33,546 nucleotides of DNA from Bigelowiella natans CCMP2755 (GCA_000320545.1 ADNK01002991.1:1-33546); one strand, 5' to 3'. Positions 1 through 13,569 are shown, counted from the first letter of the stretch. The notes: generated from the letters alone by a model not told the origin. Numbers and translations are program-made.

Positions 1-188
1 TTGATGATGACGATTTGGGGTAATTTAGAACTCTGGCAATAATGCAGACAAGATACATTATCTATGCTAGATATAACACAGTTGAACATAAATAAATTCG
101 CAGTCTAGCTCTGCTAAAATTTGGCAGAATCAGAATCAAAGGGATTCACTGCATTTCAGGCCGCACAGCATCAGGGTCAACCTCACCG

Positions 189-340
189 TCAACCTCTATT
201 CCAACAACACAAATCTTCACCACCCCCAGCAACAGCCATCATGGCAGAGTTTTGGTGGATTCTCGGGATCTCCTGCTCCCGCCCCAGCCCCAGCTCAAGC
301 TCGTGGTCCCGCTTCAGCCCCTGCACCGGGGGAAAGGGGC

Positions 341-381
<41 letters not shown>

Positions 382-931
382 ACGTGCACAGCACAAATCC
401 GAGCGGCATGAAGCCCCCCCCCCTCCGTCCCCCTTCCCTCCGTCCCCCTTCCCCAGTTCCCCGTCCCACCTTCGGACGGCCTGCCCAGAAGCGCCTCTGG
501 GGCCTGCGACGCCTCCCCTGCTTTCACATCAGCACAGTGCTGTGCGTAGAGGCTGGAGGAGAGGAGAATGGAGGGGCCCGCGGGGTTGACGTTGAGCTTG
601 AGAATCAAGAGCACCAGGCAGATCGTGACGATCGGGACGATCACCTCGTAGATCAGACCCTTGATATCGCGCACGGCGCAGATGGCGCGCTTCCACGTGA
701 GCATCCGCGTGTTGCGGCCGAACTCCGTCCCCCACTCCTTCAAATACCCGAAGATGAGCAGTGGCGTCGCCAAGCTTCTTTCCGCCCATTCTCCCGGAGG
801 GCTGCTGCTGCCATGGGTGTGGGGGCTTGCCCCCTTTCCTTCCGACATTAGAGCTGCTGCCGCCGCTGCGTGTGAGGCTGCGGTCTCGTCATGCTCACCA
901 CCACCACCACCACCGCCGCCATCCTCTTTGG

Positions 932-966
<35 letters not shown>

Positions 967-2436
967 CCATCCGAGTCTTTCAGGAGGCCCCCCTTCCGCT
1001 CCTCCCCGGTTACTTCCTCATCTTCCACCGAAGCAGAAGAAGAAGCAGCAGCAGCTACTACAACAACGTCGTCATCTTCCCCCTCAATCAGCCCGCCGCG
1101 GGCATGGCCGCCCACCAACTCCTTTCTCTCTGTCTTCTCATCGCTCGCCCTCTTCAAGTGTGCCCTCTCATCATCCCCACCGCCGGCCTTCTCGCTACTA
1201 TTCCATGAATGGGACTTTGCATCCGCCGTTGGAGGCTGCCCCCGCCCCCCGCCCCCGCCCCCGCCCCCCCGGGGGGAGGGCGCGAGGTTGGTACCCGAGC
1301 GGCCGAGCTGGCCGCCCCGGCACACTTGGATGAACACTTCTTCCAGCGTCGTTATCGAGATCCCGTAGCCGCTGATTCCGAGGCTCTCTGATTAAGCAGA
1401 AAAGGGAGGCCATCGTCGTCGCGGTAAGTGATGATGGCGATGATGAGTAATGATGGTGATGAGGAATGATGATGATGATGGTGATGGTGGTGGTGAATGA
1501 TGGTGACGATCAGAAGGATAGAGGAAGTTGATCTCAAAAGAGAAATGACGCAAAACCCTCCCCTCGATCGAGCTGTTCCTTCTCCAATCCAATCCCCCCC
1601 CCCCCCCCCCTTCCGTTTTCCACATCACCCTTGTTGCGCTCGAGGCTTTCGAATAGATCGACGAATCGTGGGACGGCCCTGAGAGGCAGACGAATGGCCA
1701 CCTCGCCTGCCGCAACGTTCAGGACAGAGACCTCTGGAACGATCTTGCTCACGAAACGAATGATGCTTTCAGCGTTGGAGGAGGACGGTGTAAGAGAGCT
1801 GCGATTGCTCTGGCTGGATCTCTCCCCTCCTCCCCTCTCCTCGTTGACCCCCCCCCCCTCTTCGCTCTTGCCGTCAGCATGACCACGCTCGTCGTTGCGG
1901 GGCGGAGCCGACGCAACGAGCGTCAGCGTATAGCTATAATTATCACACGTACAAAAAATTAGGGTGAGCGAACACAAAAGCGCGGCTGTCGTTGGCGTTG
2001 TGAATGGACGATAGACATGGTGTGGCCGCTGTGGTTGCTGCGCGGAAGAATAATCAAAAACGTGATTTTATGCTGCCATTGTTTGCTTCTCCGACCCGAT
2101 TCCAGAGCGAGACTTGAGGAAGAGAGCCGATCCGCAGCAGTTGAGCTTCCCCGTGGCCATGATAGCGATTCTAATATGATCAGCCGTAAATCGCCCATGA
2201 GATGAGAGGGGGGGGGGGGGGGGGGAAGATAGGGACAGCAGTGATGGTAGCATACGAAATGCAAATCAATAAAGGTGCCCCAACCCCCCCTTTCCACCTG
2301 TCCGCGAGGAGTTCGGCTTCGTCCATGAAGTGCGTGGTGAGCACCACAGCGCGCCCGGGTTTTTTCTGACGAAGCAGGTTCCACACATACCTTCTCGAGT
2401 ATCTGCGACACATGCAATATATGCAAATATATCATG

Positions 2437-2483
<47 letters not shown>

Positions 2484-5400
2484 TCGCTTACGGATCCATG
2501 CCGCTCGTCGGCTCGTCAAGGTAGCACACGCTCTATTTTCAGGAGGGAGGAGACGGGAGGGGAGGGGGGGGGGAGAAGAGAGATTCAGTTGGAAAAATAC
2601 TTCCTCACGGCACATCAGAGCTTCAATGCTATTGTCCTCCTATAGCTGCTACCGGAAAAGACAAATCTACCTTCCCCCCCACCCCTCGCACCCCCCCTTC
2701 CTCCTGATTTCTCCTCTACTATCTATCCACTATATGTATGTGTATATATAGAATACTAATATATACCGGATTGCCCATGAACGCGATGGCGACGCACAGC
2801 TTCCGCTTCATGCCCCCGCTCAGGGACTTCGCCTGCGTGACCCAGCCTCGCCCCGCCAGCGCCACCTCCTCGGCCGCCGCGTAGCACATGCCATCGAGCT
2901 CCGCGGCGGGGACTCCCTTGAGGGTGGCGAAGAGCTTCAGGTGCGCCTCGACGGTGAGATCGTCCCACAGGATGTCGTGCTGCGGGCACACCCCCATGGT
3001 CTTCCTGATCCTGAGCTGCTCTTTGGTGATCGGGAGGCCGCGCACCGTCGCGGAGCCTGCAGTGGGGCGCTGCATCCCTGTCAGCATCGAGATCGTCGTC
3101 GTCTTCCCCGCGCCGTTGTGCCCCAGTAAGCAGGCGATCTGCCCGCGGTAGAGCTTCAGGGTGAGGCCGTCCACCGCGACCGTGCGCTGCAGCGCGGCGC
3201 CGCACCCCTTCTCGTACACCTTCCTGAGGCCGCGGATATCGACGATGGCCTCCAGATTTGCGGGCACCGCCTCCACGTTGCCAGGAGCGCCTTTCGTCCT
3301 CCCCCCCCCCCCCCCCTGTAAAAGCTCGATGTCGCTCTGGCTATGACTGCTGCGCCGGTCGCGGCCGTCGGCGCCATCGCTCTCATCGTTGATGCTACTG
3401 CTCCGCCGCCGCCCCGGCTGCCTCCCTCTCCTTTTCCAGCTCGAATCTCGTTCCGATTCATCAAGACCCCCAACACGCGATCGCGAATGGCCTTCGTCGT
3501 CGTCGTCGCCGTCGTCGTCATCGTCGTCGTCACCGTGCAGATCGCTGTGCATCTCCAAGCTCACAAGCTCGAAATCACGCCCCCCCCGGCCGCCGCCGCC
3601 GCCGCCTCGTCCCCACTTGGCCATCGTGAGCAGCCAACGAGCGAGCTGGTCCATCGTCGGAACGCTTTGCGACGTCAGCAGAAAGTCGATGAGCCAAGCG
3701 AGCAGAACGTAGAGAACGCAATCCAGCAGCAGCATCAGCAGGATCCCGCCAAAGGGAAGCTCGTCTGCCCAGGCTCCTGACCAGGTCAGGGGCGCTTGAG
3801 CTGCGCCGTAGTCAAAGATCGCATCGATGCCGAAGGAGAAGGCGGTTGGCGAGAAGAGCGACACCCACAGCTTCTGGGATACCTGCTCCGTCGCGTTCGC
3901 GTAGAAGAACGCGTAGCGGGGGAGGAGGAAGGAGAACAGCAGCAGCGGGCCGACGATCGAGGCGATCTTGGCGCGGTTGAACAGCGCGGCCACGATGAAA
4001 CCGAACCCGACCTGCAAGAGGAGGAAGAAGAAGAAGAAGAAGAAGAAGAAGAAGAAGAGAGAGGGTGAGCGGGGCGGGAGGTGCGCCAATGTGACAAAAT
4101 TGATGGATTTTGTGCATGCGCGTGCTGTTGCCAGAGCAATCGATGGTAAAAATCCATGATTACTGGAGATATGATGACGATGACGATAAGGGCTCTGCCG
4201 CTGCTACTCTTACTATACTACTACTACTACTACTACTAGTAGTAGTAGTAGTTATAATAACAAATAATGCCACTGTAGCTGCTGCAACCAACCAACCTGC
4301 GATAGACAGTACAGGCCGATAAATGTGAGCAGCAGGAAGAACTCCACGTGGTACATGAACGAGCTCTTCAGAATCACCGTCATCAGGAACGCGATCGAGG
4401 CGAAAATCGCGGCGTAGGTCATCAGCCACGACAACCCGAACAGGGCGGGGTAGAGGCCCATCATCTCCAGCAGCAGCCGCAGCTGCTTCTCCTTCTCGTC
4501 TACGACACTGCGCACCAGCCGCGAGAGGGTGAAAAGAGTACTGAGCGCCAGCAGCACGGAGGCGGTGGGGCCTACCACCTTGTAGAAGAGATCCAGCTCC
4601 ACCTCTGGCGTGGGAAAAGGTGCCGCTATCGTCATCTCCTCCCACGAGTTGTCAGGGGGGGGGGCTTGTGTGCGGTTGCCATCGCCGCCGCCGTTACTCC
4701 TCTGCGAAAGGTTCAAGAGGTCGTCCAACGGGCGAAAACGGGAGGAGCCGGTACCGCCGGCACTGCCGGCACTGCCGGGCCTGCGCTTCGAGGGGGGGTA
4801 CACGTCCCTCGTCGACGTGTTGAGGAAGTAGGTCGCGATCGCGTCCTGGATCGAAAGGAACCCGGAGAGGTAGTAGCGACGGTACTTGGTGTTTAGCGTG
4901 GGCGTCAGCGGCATGTAGAAGTACTTGGTCGAGGGCGTGGCGGTGAAGTTCATCCTAATCTTATAGTCGATTCTTCCCCGAGCGACGTCGAGCTCATGGA
5001 AGTGAACAGCAGCCCAGGCCCGCCGCACCGTCTCGTCCTTGAGGTAGATGTAGTGCTCGAGCTCCCGCAGCGCTGCGTCCACCGCCGCCTCCTCGCTGCT
5101 CAGCACGCCGCCAAAGTACTCGTGGAAGAAGCTGGTGGTGCGGTTGAGGTGGCGAACCAAGGCCCAGACCTCCGGCGTGTCGGGGGAGAAGAGCAGCGCG
5201 CCGAGCTTCACGATGTTGTCGTAGCGATGGTTCGTGGCGAAACCAAGCGCTTTCTCTTGCTTGTTGCCGAAGCCGCCCCCGTCCATCGACGTGCCGTTGG
5301 CCCCGGGGACGTCTGGGAGCTCCCTGTCGTCCTTCTGAGCGCCGACGTAGAGCTTGTGGAGGAGGATGAACGTGTCGAGAGAGGGGATCGGGAGCGCGCC

Positions 5401-5819
5401 GTTGTATTCGTCGTCTTTGCGGAAGTCGGCGCTGTTGCGGTTCTGGCTGCCCGGCCCCCCCTCCTCCGCGTTGGCCGCGTCGACCTCCTCCTTCAGTCCT
5501 TGCAGCTTCCGCAGGCTCGTGCCGTTTGCGTACACGCAGAGATCCACCTGTTCGCAGCGACAACACGCACACGCACACACGCACACATGCACACACGCAC
5601 ACACGCACACACGCACAGCTGATCAGGAACACAGCAAGGCAGTTGCGACGTTCATTTGTCACCATGACGACGAATCACATGCAAACCAGACGGTTTTCCG
5701 TGTGTGGCGCCGATATTCGTCGTCGTTGTCATCGTCGTCGTCCATCAGTGTTGGTCTCAGAAGAGACATATTCGAAATGCTTGTTGTTACTGCCGTCTTC
5801 CCTCTTCTTCTTTTACTTA

Positions 5820-5865
<46 letters not shown>

Positions 5866-6297
5866 ATATATTATCTGCCTGTGGCTCTTACTTACCCCCT
5901 GCGGGGTCGGTGTACACTGAGGCACGCCCCGTAGCAGTCCTTCGACTGAAAACGGAGGTTCTTCACCGGACTAACCGTCAAGCAAAAACGCGTAGATGTC
6001 AAATGTCAAGCATACAGCAATAAGCGAGTACATAGAGCAAAGCAGTCATGGGTGTGGGAAGGAACTCCTCCTTCTTTGACGCCATCTGCTACTCTCTAGA
6101 TTGATGGAGAAAAAGACACATGCCCCCAACCCCCCCTCCCCTCCCCTCCCCCCCCGGACACCCTTCCCTGCACTAGATAAACTTGGCATTGCAAATGAAG
6201 AACTCAGTGAAATTCACATTTACCTGAGGTATCGTGTAATACTCCATGCCGGCCGCGGCCTAATAGGGAAATGATATTATATATACACGTGCAAATA

Positions 6298-6353
<56 letters not shown>

Positions 6354-6954
6354 CATTTCCCTCAAAATCGCAACGGTAGATCATCATGTGTCGAACGAAG
6401 AGGAGAAGATACTAAAATACTACCGAGAGTAGAGTCTCGAACTGTGGGTCATCTATCGTCTGATTTATGTACACTTTGGCAGGGATCAGCTGCTTGAAGT
6501 CCGCAAACAACGTGTACGTGCTATTCAAACAACAAAGAACAGTCGACGAGGCGGTTAGGGGCCGTCAGTTATTCGTCATCCCCCTCCCCCTCCCCCCCCC
6601 ACCTCCCCTCCAATTGGTAGATTTTATTATAGTTGTGAAACGAGAGGTCACGCTGGGAATATCACAGGTGATTTCGAAATTGGACCCGATATCACGCGCA
6701 CTCCCCAAAAACCTCAGTGCTGTGTGAAAGAGGACGCTGCTTCACAACCTGACGAGCATCGCGCATATAACCAGCGGCGACAGCAATTCGCAAGTCGTCT
6801 GGCAGCATTGCGCCCGCTTCAGCAAATAGTTTTTCCGGAGAAGGGCGTTCAGCTGCACCGACATGAGTCCCTGATGAAAAGAGAGTTGGCGGACGTTGTC
6901 AGATCGACGTGTGTTCGTTGCGGTGCTGCGTACGCGCTTAGCGGCCCTACTCAT
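189..6954 (-). CDS. ABCA-subfamily ABC transporter, multi-exon, 3'-partial (TMD1, NBD1, regulatory region and first helix of TMD2 visible; remainder expected beyond the left edge)
   Basis: ATG at 6954 leads to the ABCA N-terminal motif [14 protein letters not shown]...ELLSPL. Exon 5547-4297 carries the extracellular domain and ...[18 protein letters not shown]. Exon 4011-2767 carries Walker [11 protein letters not shown]-loop [10 protein letters not shown] and signature LSGGMKRKL. Exon 2532-2492 gives [12 protein letters not shown] (Walker B/D-loop) and exon 2402-2298 gives [15 protein letters not shown] (H-loop). Further exons give [35 protein letters not shown] and [13 protein letters not shown] (second-half entry helix). 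These junctions are GT-AG and in frame. Small exons between 5550 and 6750 and below about 530 are unresolved. Confidence 0.95.
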
Positions 6955-9187
6955 CGACGGTTTATCTCATCAATGGTGCATTCATCTCCATGACTTCCCG
7001 GTTATCAAGAGAGCCCATGGGGAGATTGGAAGCGCTATTTTAAGTGACCACACACAGTACGACTACGACTACGACGCGAACATTTTGCCGCCGGGCAGTA
7101 GCACCAAGACGCTTATTTCAGCACTCTTGAGAAACTATTAGATCCTACCGGCTTTTTTCGTCCCTCCCGGGGGCGGTATTAAAGGGGAGGGGAGGGGAGG
7201 GTTCTCCGTGCAGTCGTCACCCGAACCTCCCTCCCTGCAAGCTGAAGAATCGAGAGACACCTCTCAGGCGCAGGTAGTCAGAAGGGAAGTTTGGAAGTGG
7301 AATTTCCCCGTTTATTTTATAATCGCGACAATAAAATATTCATGACGTCTGTCCGAAATAGAAACCATATTTCCCGCCGTACTCGCGACTTCGAATCTCG
7401 CGTGACTGAAATTCTCCCCAAGGAAGCTAGAGGCTCGTTCAGACACCGGCACCTATAAATAATCGTGTCGGCACTTGGTAGTGACCTCCCTTCTCATATC
7501 TGCGACAATAACATTGCCTCTACAAGCCAATAAGCGAGTGGCGTTTGATGTATTTAGCCGAAAAAAGTATCTTCGCAAGCACCTGTGAAATACCTTTCTT
7601 TTTTTTCATTCCTGCATTTTCCTTGTGGGTGCGGCGACAAGGACGTATTCGGTCATCTTTTTGATGGAAATACATCCAAAGAAATGGGCTAGGGTCAACA
7701 TCGCACTGCTGTTCGACGCAGAAGAACAATTACGGCTGCTTCCGAGTATTATTTCTTCGGTCGAAAAATACCGTTGGATTTGTTGTGATACAGCAGGATT
7801 TTCCGTCTTCTTTTTACTGATATAATATAGGCTGTTTCTTTTAGTTTTGATTCAATTCAGTCGACGAGAAACGCCTGTGAATTCTCGATAGTAGTCTCAT
7901 TCTATAACAATATATTGGATATTTCCGGTTATAATTATTTCCCAAAGAAATTTTTCATCTCTACCTGATAGTTGCCGAGTCCGGATCTGACCTGATCCAG
8001 CCACCGATCTACCAACACGTGCAAGAAACTTGCTCTGGGAGGGGGAAGGATTTGCCGACGACGAATGTTTCGGGGTCGACAAAGAGCTGCAGGTGGCTTC
8101 GCTAGTATATGGGGGGAAATGATTAAAAGCATAAGTTATTACACAGAGTAAATACAAACCATGAGATTGGCGCTGAAATGTTGCAAATCGGTACACAGTC
8201 TGCAAGCCCTGTCAGGGTCGGGTGTCTTCAGTTGGCGCCATCGTAGTTGTTGCAGCTATTCTTCTTATCCTCCCCGCTTTCACACAGTAATTCAAAATCA
8301 GGCAAAAAATCACAGTGAATTGGGGGGGGGGTTAGTGCTCTATCCTTGCGTAATCCAACCCGTATATATGATTACTCTTATACAGCCACTAACAGCTACC
8401 AGATGAGCTGCGCATGAATTTGTGGGTTGTCTTAATTGTTTGTAGAATGCGAGGGCAGACCACCAATCATCGTCTCCTTGGCCGTCGCCTGAGCGAGATT
8501 GTCTCTGAAATCATTGATGACGCACGTACCGCGCAGCCCGAGCAAGAGCCACGGTTCTTTCCCTCTTCTTTTGCATGGGGAGAATTGTGCTAGCATTAGC
8601 AGATATACGTACAGAGAGGAAGATAATGACAATAATGAAGAAACCAATTTTAGAAGGCAGTTAGATGTAACGGAGGAGACGTCAGTCTGTTTTATATTTT
8701 CTTGTGGATTTCGTTCTCCTGAAAATAACTTGTTGAATTGAATAGGATCCGGTCCCCGCGAAGCGCATCTTCATCGTCGCAATCATCACCCTCCTCTCCC
8801 TTCCGTGCAACAGCGAGACAGGCTAGCTCTGACGGGGGACGCTATCCGCACCATCACAATGATTATGAAGGAGAAGGGGGGGGGGAGGCTGTTGAGCGAG
8901 TGTTGCGGACGGCTGGAAGAGTCGTTACTGCATGTACAGCCGTCAGTCTCGCTAATCGTTCGGAGTTCTTCAAAGAGAAAGTAGTAGCCCTCATTAGTGG
9001 GAGGAGGGGGGGGGAGCGCCAGACCACATCCACTCCCCAGCCATGTTTCAGCCTGACAATGCTGTCCTGCTGCCTTGTTGTAAGTGAGGGTTGTTTATTG
9101 GTCGACTGAAACATGTTTATTTGATAGATGGTAGGGTGAAAACTCTCTACTTTCATTATTGTTCTCACCATTGATGGGTTGCATACT

Positions 9188-9235
<48 letters not shown>

Positions 9236-9270
9236 GCGTGTGTGTGTGTGTTTTGCCGGTAACATCACTA

Positions 9271-9670
9271 GATTTGGAGCCCGTGCACACGCAGGCTTGG
9301 CGTGTGGTGGAAATGGTATTTAGCAATCGGGGATTGTATCAATGACGCTGTTCTCTCGGTACTAGCCAGAGCAATAGAGCTTCTGTCATGAAAGACTGCG
9401 TGATTTCTGCTGATAAGGGGTGATTGATGGGTAAGAGGAAAGGAGCAATCTATGCGAATTGAGTTCTGTATTTTGAGACGCCTCGTTGTTGCATGCAGCT
9501 TTACACCAAGCTCGTCCCGATCAATCACTACCAACGGGGCCGGCCGCAGCGCCGATATACCTGGCAAACGTACAAACTAGAAGGCATCGTATTGCTCCGT
9601 AGACGACCCATTAGAGATGATAAGGAAGTGTTGCGTGCCAGGATGGTTCTTCATATCTCCCTGATTGGGA

Positions 9671-9711
<41 letters not shown>

Positions 9712-10064
9712 GCTTTTAGATGAAGGGAATACAACACCTTAGCGATTGACCACACCACACATTCATTTCTTGGCAGGGCGGACGCGTACTTGGAACGCCT
9801 TCGCGGCAAGGTAACAGCAGCACAGCATCCGTACGCGCACATGCAATGAATGACTTGGTGTGTGTGTGTGTGTGTGTGCGTGCGTGCGTGTATTAGATCG
9901 TGATATTAGGCGGCTTGGAGGTCCCAAACCGACTTCTAGGGGCGACTGCGACAGTCATTGGTAGTTCTCCCACCACCACGGCATTGCTGCTGCATCATCC
10001 TTGGCGACGATCAGGCTTCAAAAAGGCCACTGTTCTCCGAGTTTGGGCGGGGGGGACCTCTCTG

Positions 10065-10099
<35 letters not shown>

Positions 10100-10101
10100 A
10101 T

Positions 10102-10189
<88 letters not shown>

Positions 10190-10563
10190 ATAATAGTGGT
10201 TATCGAAGCGTTCTTTTTCTTCTCCTTTTTCTCTTCTTCCAATAGCGCCCCCAAGCGGCTGCCATCGCCGCCTCAGAGTAACACCGCTATCATTAATCTT
10301 CCTCGCACATTCAGGGAGCGGTGGGGAAGAGCTAGAGATGTCGCCGTCAGATGTGCGCTTGTGGAGACCGGTTCAGCGAGATGCCGGCACGTATGGCAAC
10401 AAGAAGGTCAGATCCTTACGATCTTGAGTCAAGCACACAGAGAACACACACACACACACACACACGCACACACGCACGCACACACACACACACACACACA
10501 CACCATGAGGCGTCGGAAGAGGATTGTGAGTGGGTGCTGAGGCTATTCTTCTGTGTGCGGTTT

Positions 10564-10607
<44 letters not shown>

Positions 10608-10850
10608 CCTGTCGTCGTGCATGCATGTTCCCGCTACCTACCAGGGCTGGAACGCAATATATGGCAGCATACACGGGTATTCAGCCATCTCGTAGCACTG
10701 ACCCTTGTAAAAGCGATATCATCAATCATCAATCATCAATCATCAATCATCAATCATCAGTGGCGGCAGCGTATTCGCATGAAAATAGCTCTTACACATG
10801 CATCGATGAGATAGAGGCCAGAAGGAAACGCATCATCGGCAGCAACACCG
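9271..10850 (+). CDS. Putative upstream exons, probably the N-terminal part of the CAP-domain gene; no recognisable domain
   Basis: A chain of short AG/GT-bounded segments joins in frame: LEPVHTQAWRVVEM / LYTKLVPINHYQRGRPQRRYTWQT / ADAYLERLRGK / IVILGGLEVPNRLLGATATVI, separated by microsatellite-containing introns. The start codon (possibly near 8450-8750) and the linkage to 10943 are not established. Confidence 0.4.
10066..10190. repeat. Compound microsatellite (CT)n-(CA)n-(TA)n-(TG)n, an example of many intronic microsatellites
   Basis: Directly visible. Similar (TA)n, (CA)n, (GA)n and trinucleotide tracts lie at about 345-377, 2438-2481, 4023-4057, 5828-5858, 6297-6350, 11033-11071, 12986-13025, 28961-29017 and 32498-32535. 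Confidence 0.95.
10718..10759. repeat. 7-bp tandem repeat (ATCATCA)n, about 6 copies
   Basis: atcatcaatcatcaatcatcaatcatcaatcatcaatcatca is visible in the sequence. Confidence 0.85.
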
Positions 10851-10942
10851 TATACAGAATGAACTACGGCGTAGCAAAGAGAGAGCAGAGAGCATTTTGA
10901 GTTGAGAAGACAGTTATATTTTCTTTCTGCAAATAAACCCAG

Positions 10943-11032
10943 ATCTTCGAGGTATGAGCAAGTAGGGCACGTGGCGATGAACCTCACAAATGGCTTCAGA
11001 AAGGTTTTCAAACACACACACACACAGGGGGA

Positions 11033-11073
<41 letters not shown>

Positions 11074-11203
11074 CGGATCTACTTCGCTAGAGGATCTTCG
11101 TCAGTCAATATTTCGAATAATACCATAACGTATACATGTATTGATAATACCCTTTACAAGGTCAAGGGTCTTCCACCACTGCGATGGAATCAGGTAGTAG
11201 GGA

Positions 11204-11240
<37 letters not shown>

Positions 11241-12085
11241 CTCTTTTATGATTGTGTAGAACAAAGCGGGCGAGTGCGTACGAGATCGTCTCTTGTCTTG
11301 TGGCGCAGCTTGTCGCGTAGCGCGGCCGATATCATCGCTGTTTTGAGCTGGATTTGAGCTTGTATGCCTTCGTGATGTGTGGTTGACAAGTACGGCTTGA
11401 AAATTTTTGAATTCGTTGGATTTCCCATCTTTACTACTGCCATTATTGTTAGATCCATCCCTCTCCCCCCCCCCCACCCCCCCCTTCCCACACTCTCCTG
11501 AAATCAACTCTGTTCAAAGGGGCTGTGCGAGATAGCCCGGAGGCACTCTAGAGATATGGCGGAACGCGGTGTCCCGTTCGGGCATCAGGGTTGTGCAATT
11601 CGCATCATTTTTTTTTTTTTCTGAAGAAGAAAGAATTTAAGGAGGCAAGGACGTTTAGGGCGGCTTTACTCATCCGTGATAGATCTGTTATCTTCATCGA
11701 TGCGCGCGCTACATTCGCGCGCCGAGGCAGCGCCTGCGCTTGTCCCGGGATCACTAAGATATATTTGCTCTGCCTCGTGCTGCATATCGTAGGCTTTTCG
11801 AATCGCGTTCGGCTGTTCCCCTTCCTCTCCTCCGCATCCGGTGAGATTGAGTTCTCTGACAGTAGCCACTGTGTGCGTGCATTGCGTGCGCGTGCATGTT
11901 TGAAAGTTGTTCGGTGTGCGAGATGGGATCGATCGAGGCAGGGGGGAGAGGCGTGAATTGGGTATAAAAAGGTTGTCCTTTTGCTTTAATCTTTAAGCGG
12001 AAAACGTCGCGATGAGCGAGGGAGAAGTAGATCCTGCAGATGCAGCAGGTGCGTATAATATATCGGCCAACAACAAAGACGCGCG

Positions 12086-12123
<38 letters not shown>

Positions 12124-12454
12124 TCTCCTTAACTCTCTCCTTTATGCATGTGTGTTCCTTCGCTGAATTTTATCGACGACGCAGTGTCCGGATGGGTGAA
12201 AAGCGACGGACATCGGAAGAATCTTCTGAGCAAGGACTTCAACAGCGCTGCGATTGGGGTATGTGATATGCGGGCGCAGGCGCAGGACGAAGATTACTCA
12301 GTTATTCCGCACACCGCTTCGCGTTGTTATCGGAGACAACATCGTTGAATTCGAGGTGTGTTTTGTTTTTGGGTAGGCGTATCAAGTCCCAGGCACAAAC
12401 CGTTGGTATATCACACAGCTCTTCGGCCATTACACGGGGATGAGCGGGCCCTAG
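10943..12454 (+). CDS. CAP/SCP superfamily domain protein (YkwD-like type), C-terminal exons
   Basis: Manual splicing gives ...VAMNLTNGFRK / VKGLPPLRWNQ / GLCEIARRHSRDMAERGVPFGHQG / FSNRVRLFPFLSSAS / AENVAMSEGEVDPADAA / VSGWVKSDGHRKNLLSKDFNSAAIG / AYQVPGTNRWYITQLFGHYTGMSGP* (TAG 12452-12454). This contains the CAP motifs N..R..GLPPL.W, A..HS.DM, ENVA, W..S.GHR.NLL and Y.TQ.F. Exons include 11793-11840, 11998-12048, 12185-12258 and 12377-12454. Confidence 0.9.
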
Positions 12455-12982
12455 CTTCTAGTGACGCTCGCCCACCGTTGCGATCTTCCATTCATTAATT
12501 ATGTGCTGGATGAAGCGACAGCGGCACGGAGATGTGGCGAGCTGGGGCGTGCGGTGATCCGCCACGCAATATCTGGCGAATATGCGATTAAAGTGCGTAG
12601 AAGTAGTCACCTAGTAATGTATATTAAAAACTCGTTCAATGTCATCATTTTGTCCTCAAGCCGTACAATATGAATGGAAGTTTTGGAAATTGATGTACAA
12701 CGCCCTATTGCATGTGCGCAAGTGTGAGCTTCTAGCAATTACAAAAGCACGGGAAGCAGCATGATATGCGAGCAAAGCGCCTGAATAGCTGGCTTATTCA
12801 TTGTCAAGATTGGGGCTTCGTGGCATTGTGCCTTACTACATATGCGTGCATGAAGTGACGCGCGTGTGCGCGCTGTCTGTAAACATGCACACTACTGCTT
12901 GTAAGGCCCAACTATTACATTGTACTGAGCGATTTATAATTGACCCGCCCTAAATAAACACAACACATGCATAGCCATATGT

Positions 12983-13029
<47 letters not shown>

Positions 13030-13569
13030 CGCACGATGACCATTGAAAAAATTTAATTCTTCATTACATCCGTCTCATATGTTGCGCACGTACGTACTGA
13101 TAAAAATTACATGCATGTACAGGCACTGTGCAGGATTGTGGCATCGTGCTTGCATATTGTAGAGATGTCAAGCTCACACACGAAGATGGACTCTACGCAT
13201 TATGGTTTACATTACACATATATGTACATATTCGTTCATGAATTAGACGGAGCAGACGCACATATGTGCGTAGTCGATACGATACGCGTATAGCTTTGAT
13301 GACGGATGGTTATTCATCTAGATTATGGGTGTTCGTTCTCATGGTTTACGTTGAAGGCATGCTTGAGTTCAGATAGTGCTCATCGAATTACCTAACGTTG
13401 ATCTTTGTGGTAGTGCGTAGCAGCGATATATCACACCCACGGCTGTAAGTTCGTTGCACATGCACGCGAGCTGTGTTCGTCTCTGCCGCTTTAGGACCGA
13501 CTTCTAGTTGATAACTTCCGCATCAGAGGTAATAAATATGTCCATTTTCGTCCACCATTCATATTACAA

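Noticed and set aside
121-6023. Long plus-strand ORFs overlapping the ABCA gene
   Set aside because: They are antisense shadows of GC-rich coding sequence and microsatellites, with low-complexity translations and no domain motifs.
7500-8400. Short ORFs upstream of the ABCA start
   Set aside because: No homologous motif or consistent exon chain could be identified.
9900-11259. ORFs containing YIYIYI, SLSLSL, HTHTHT or ERERER
   Set aside because: These are translations of dinucleotide microsatellites in introns.
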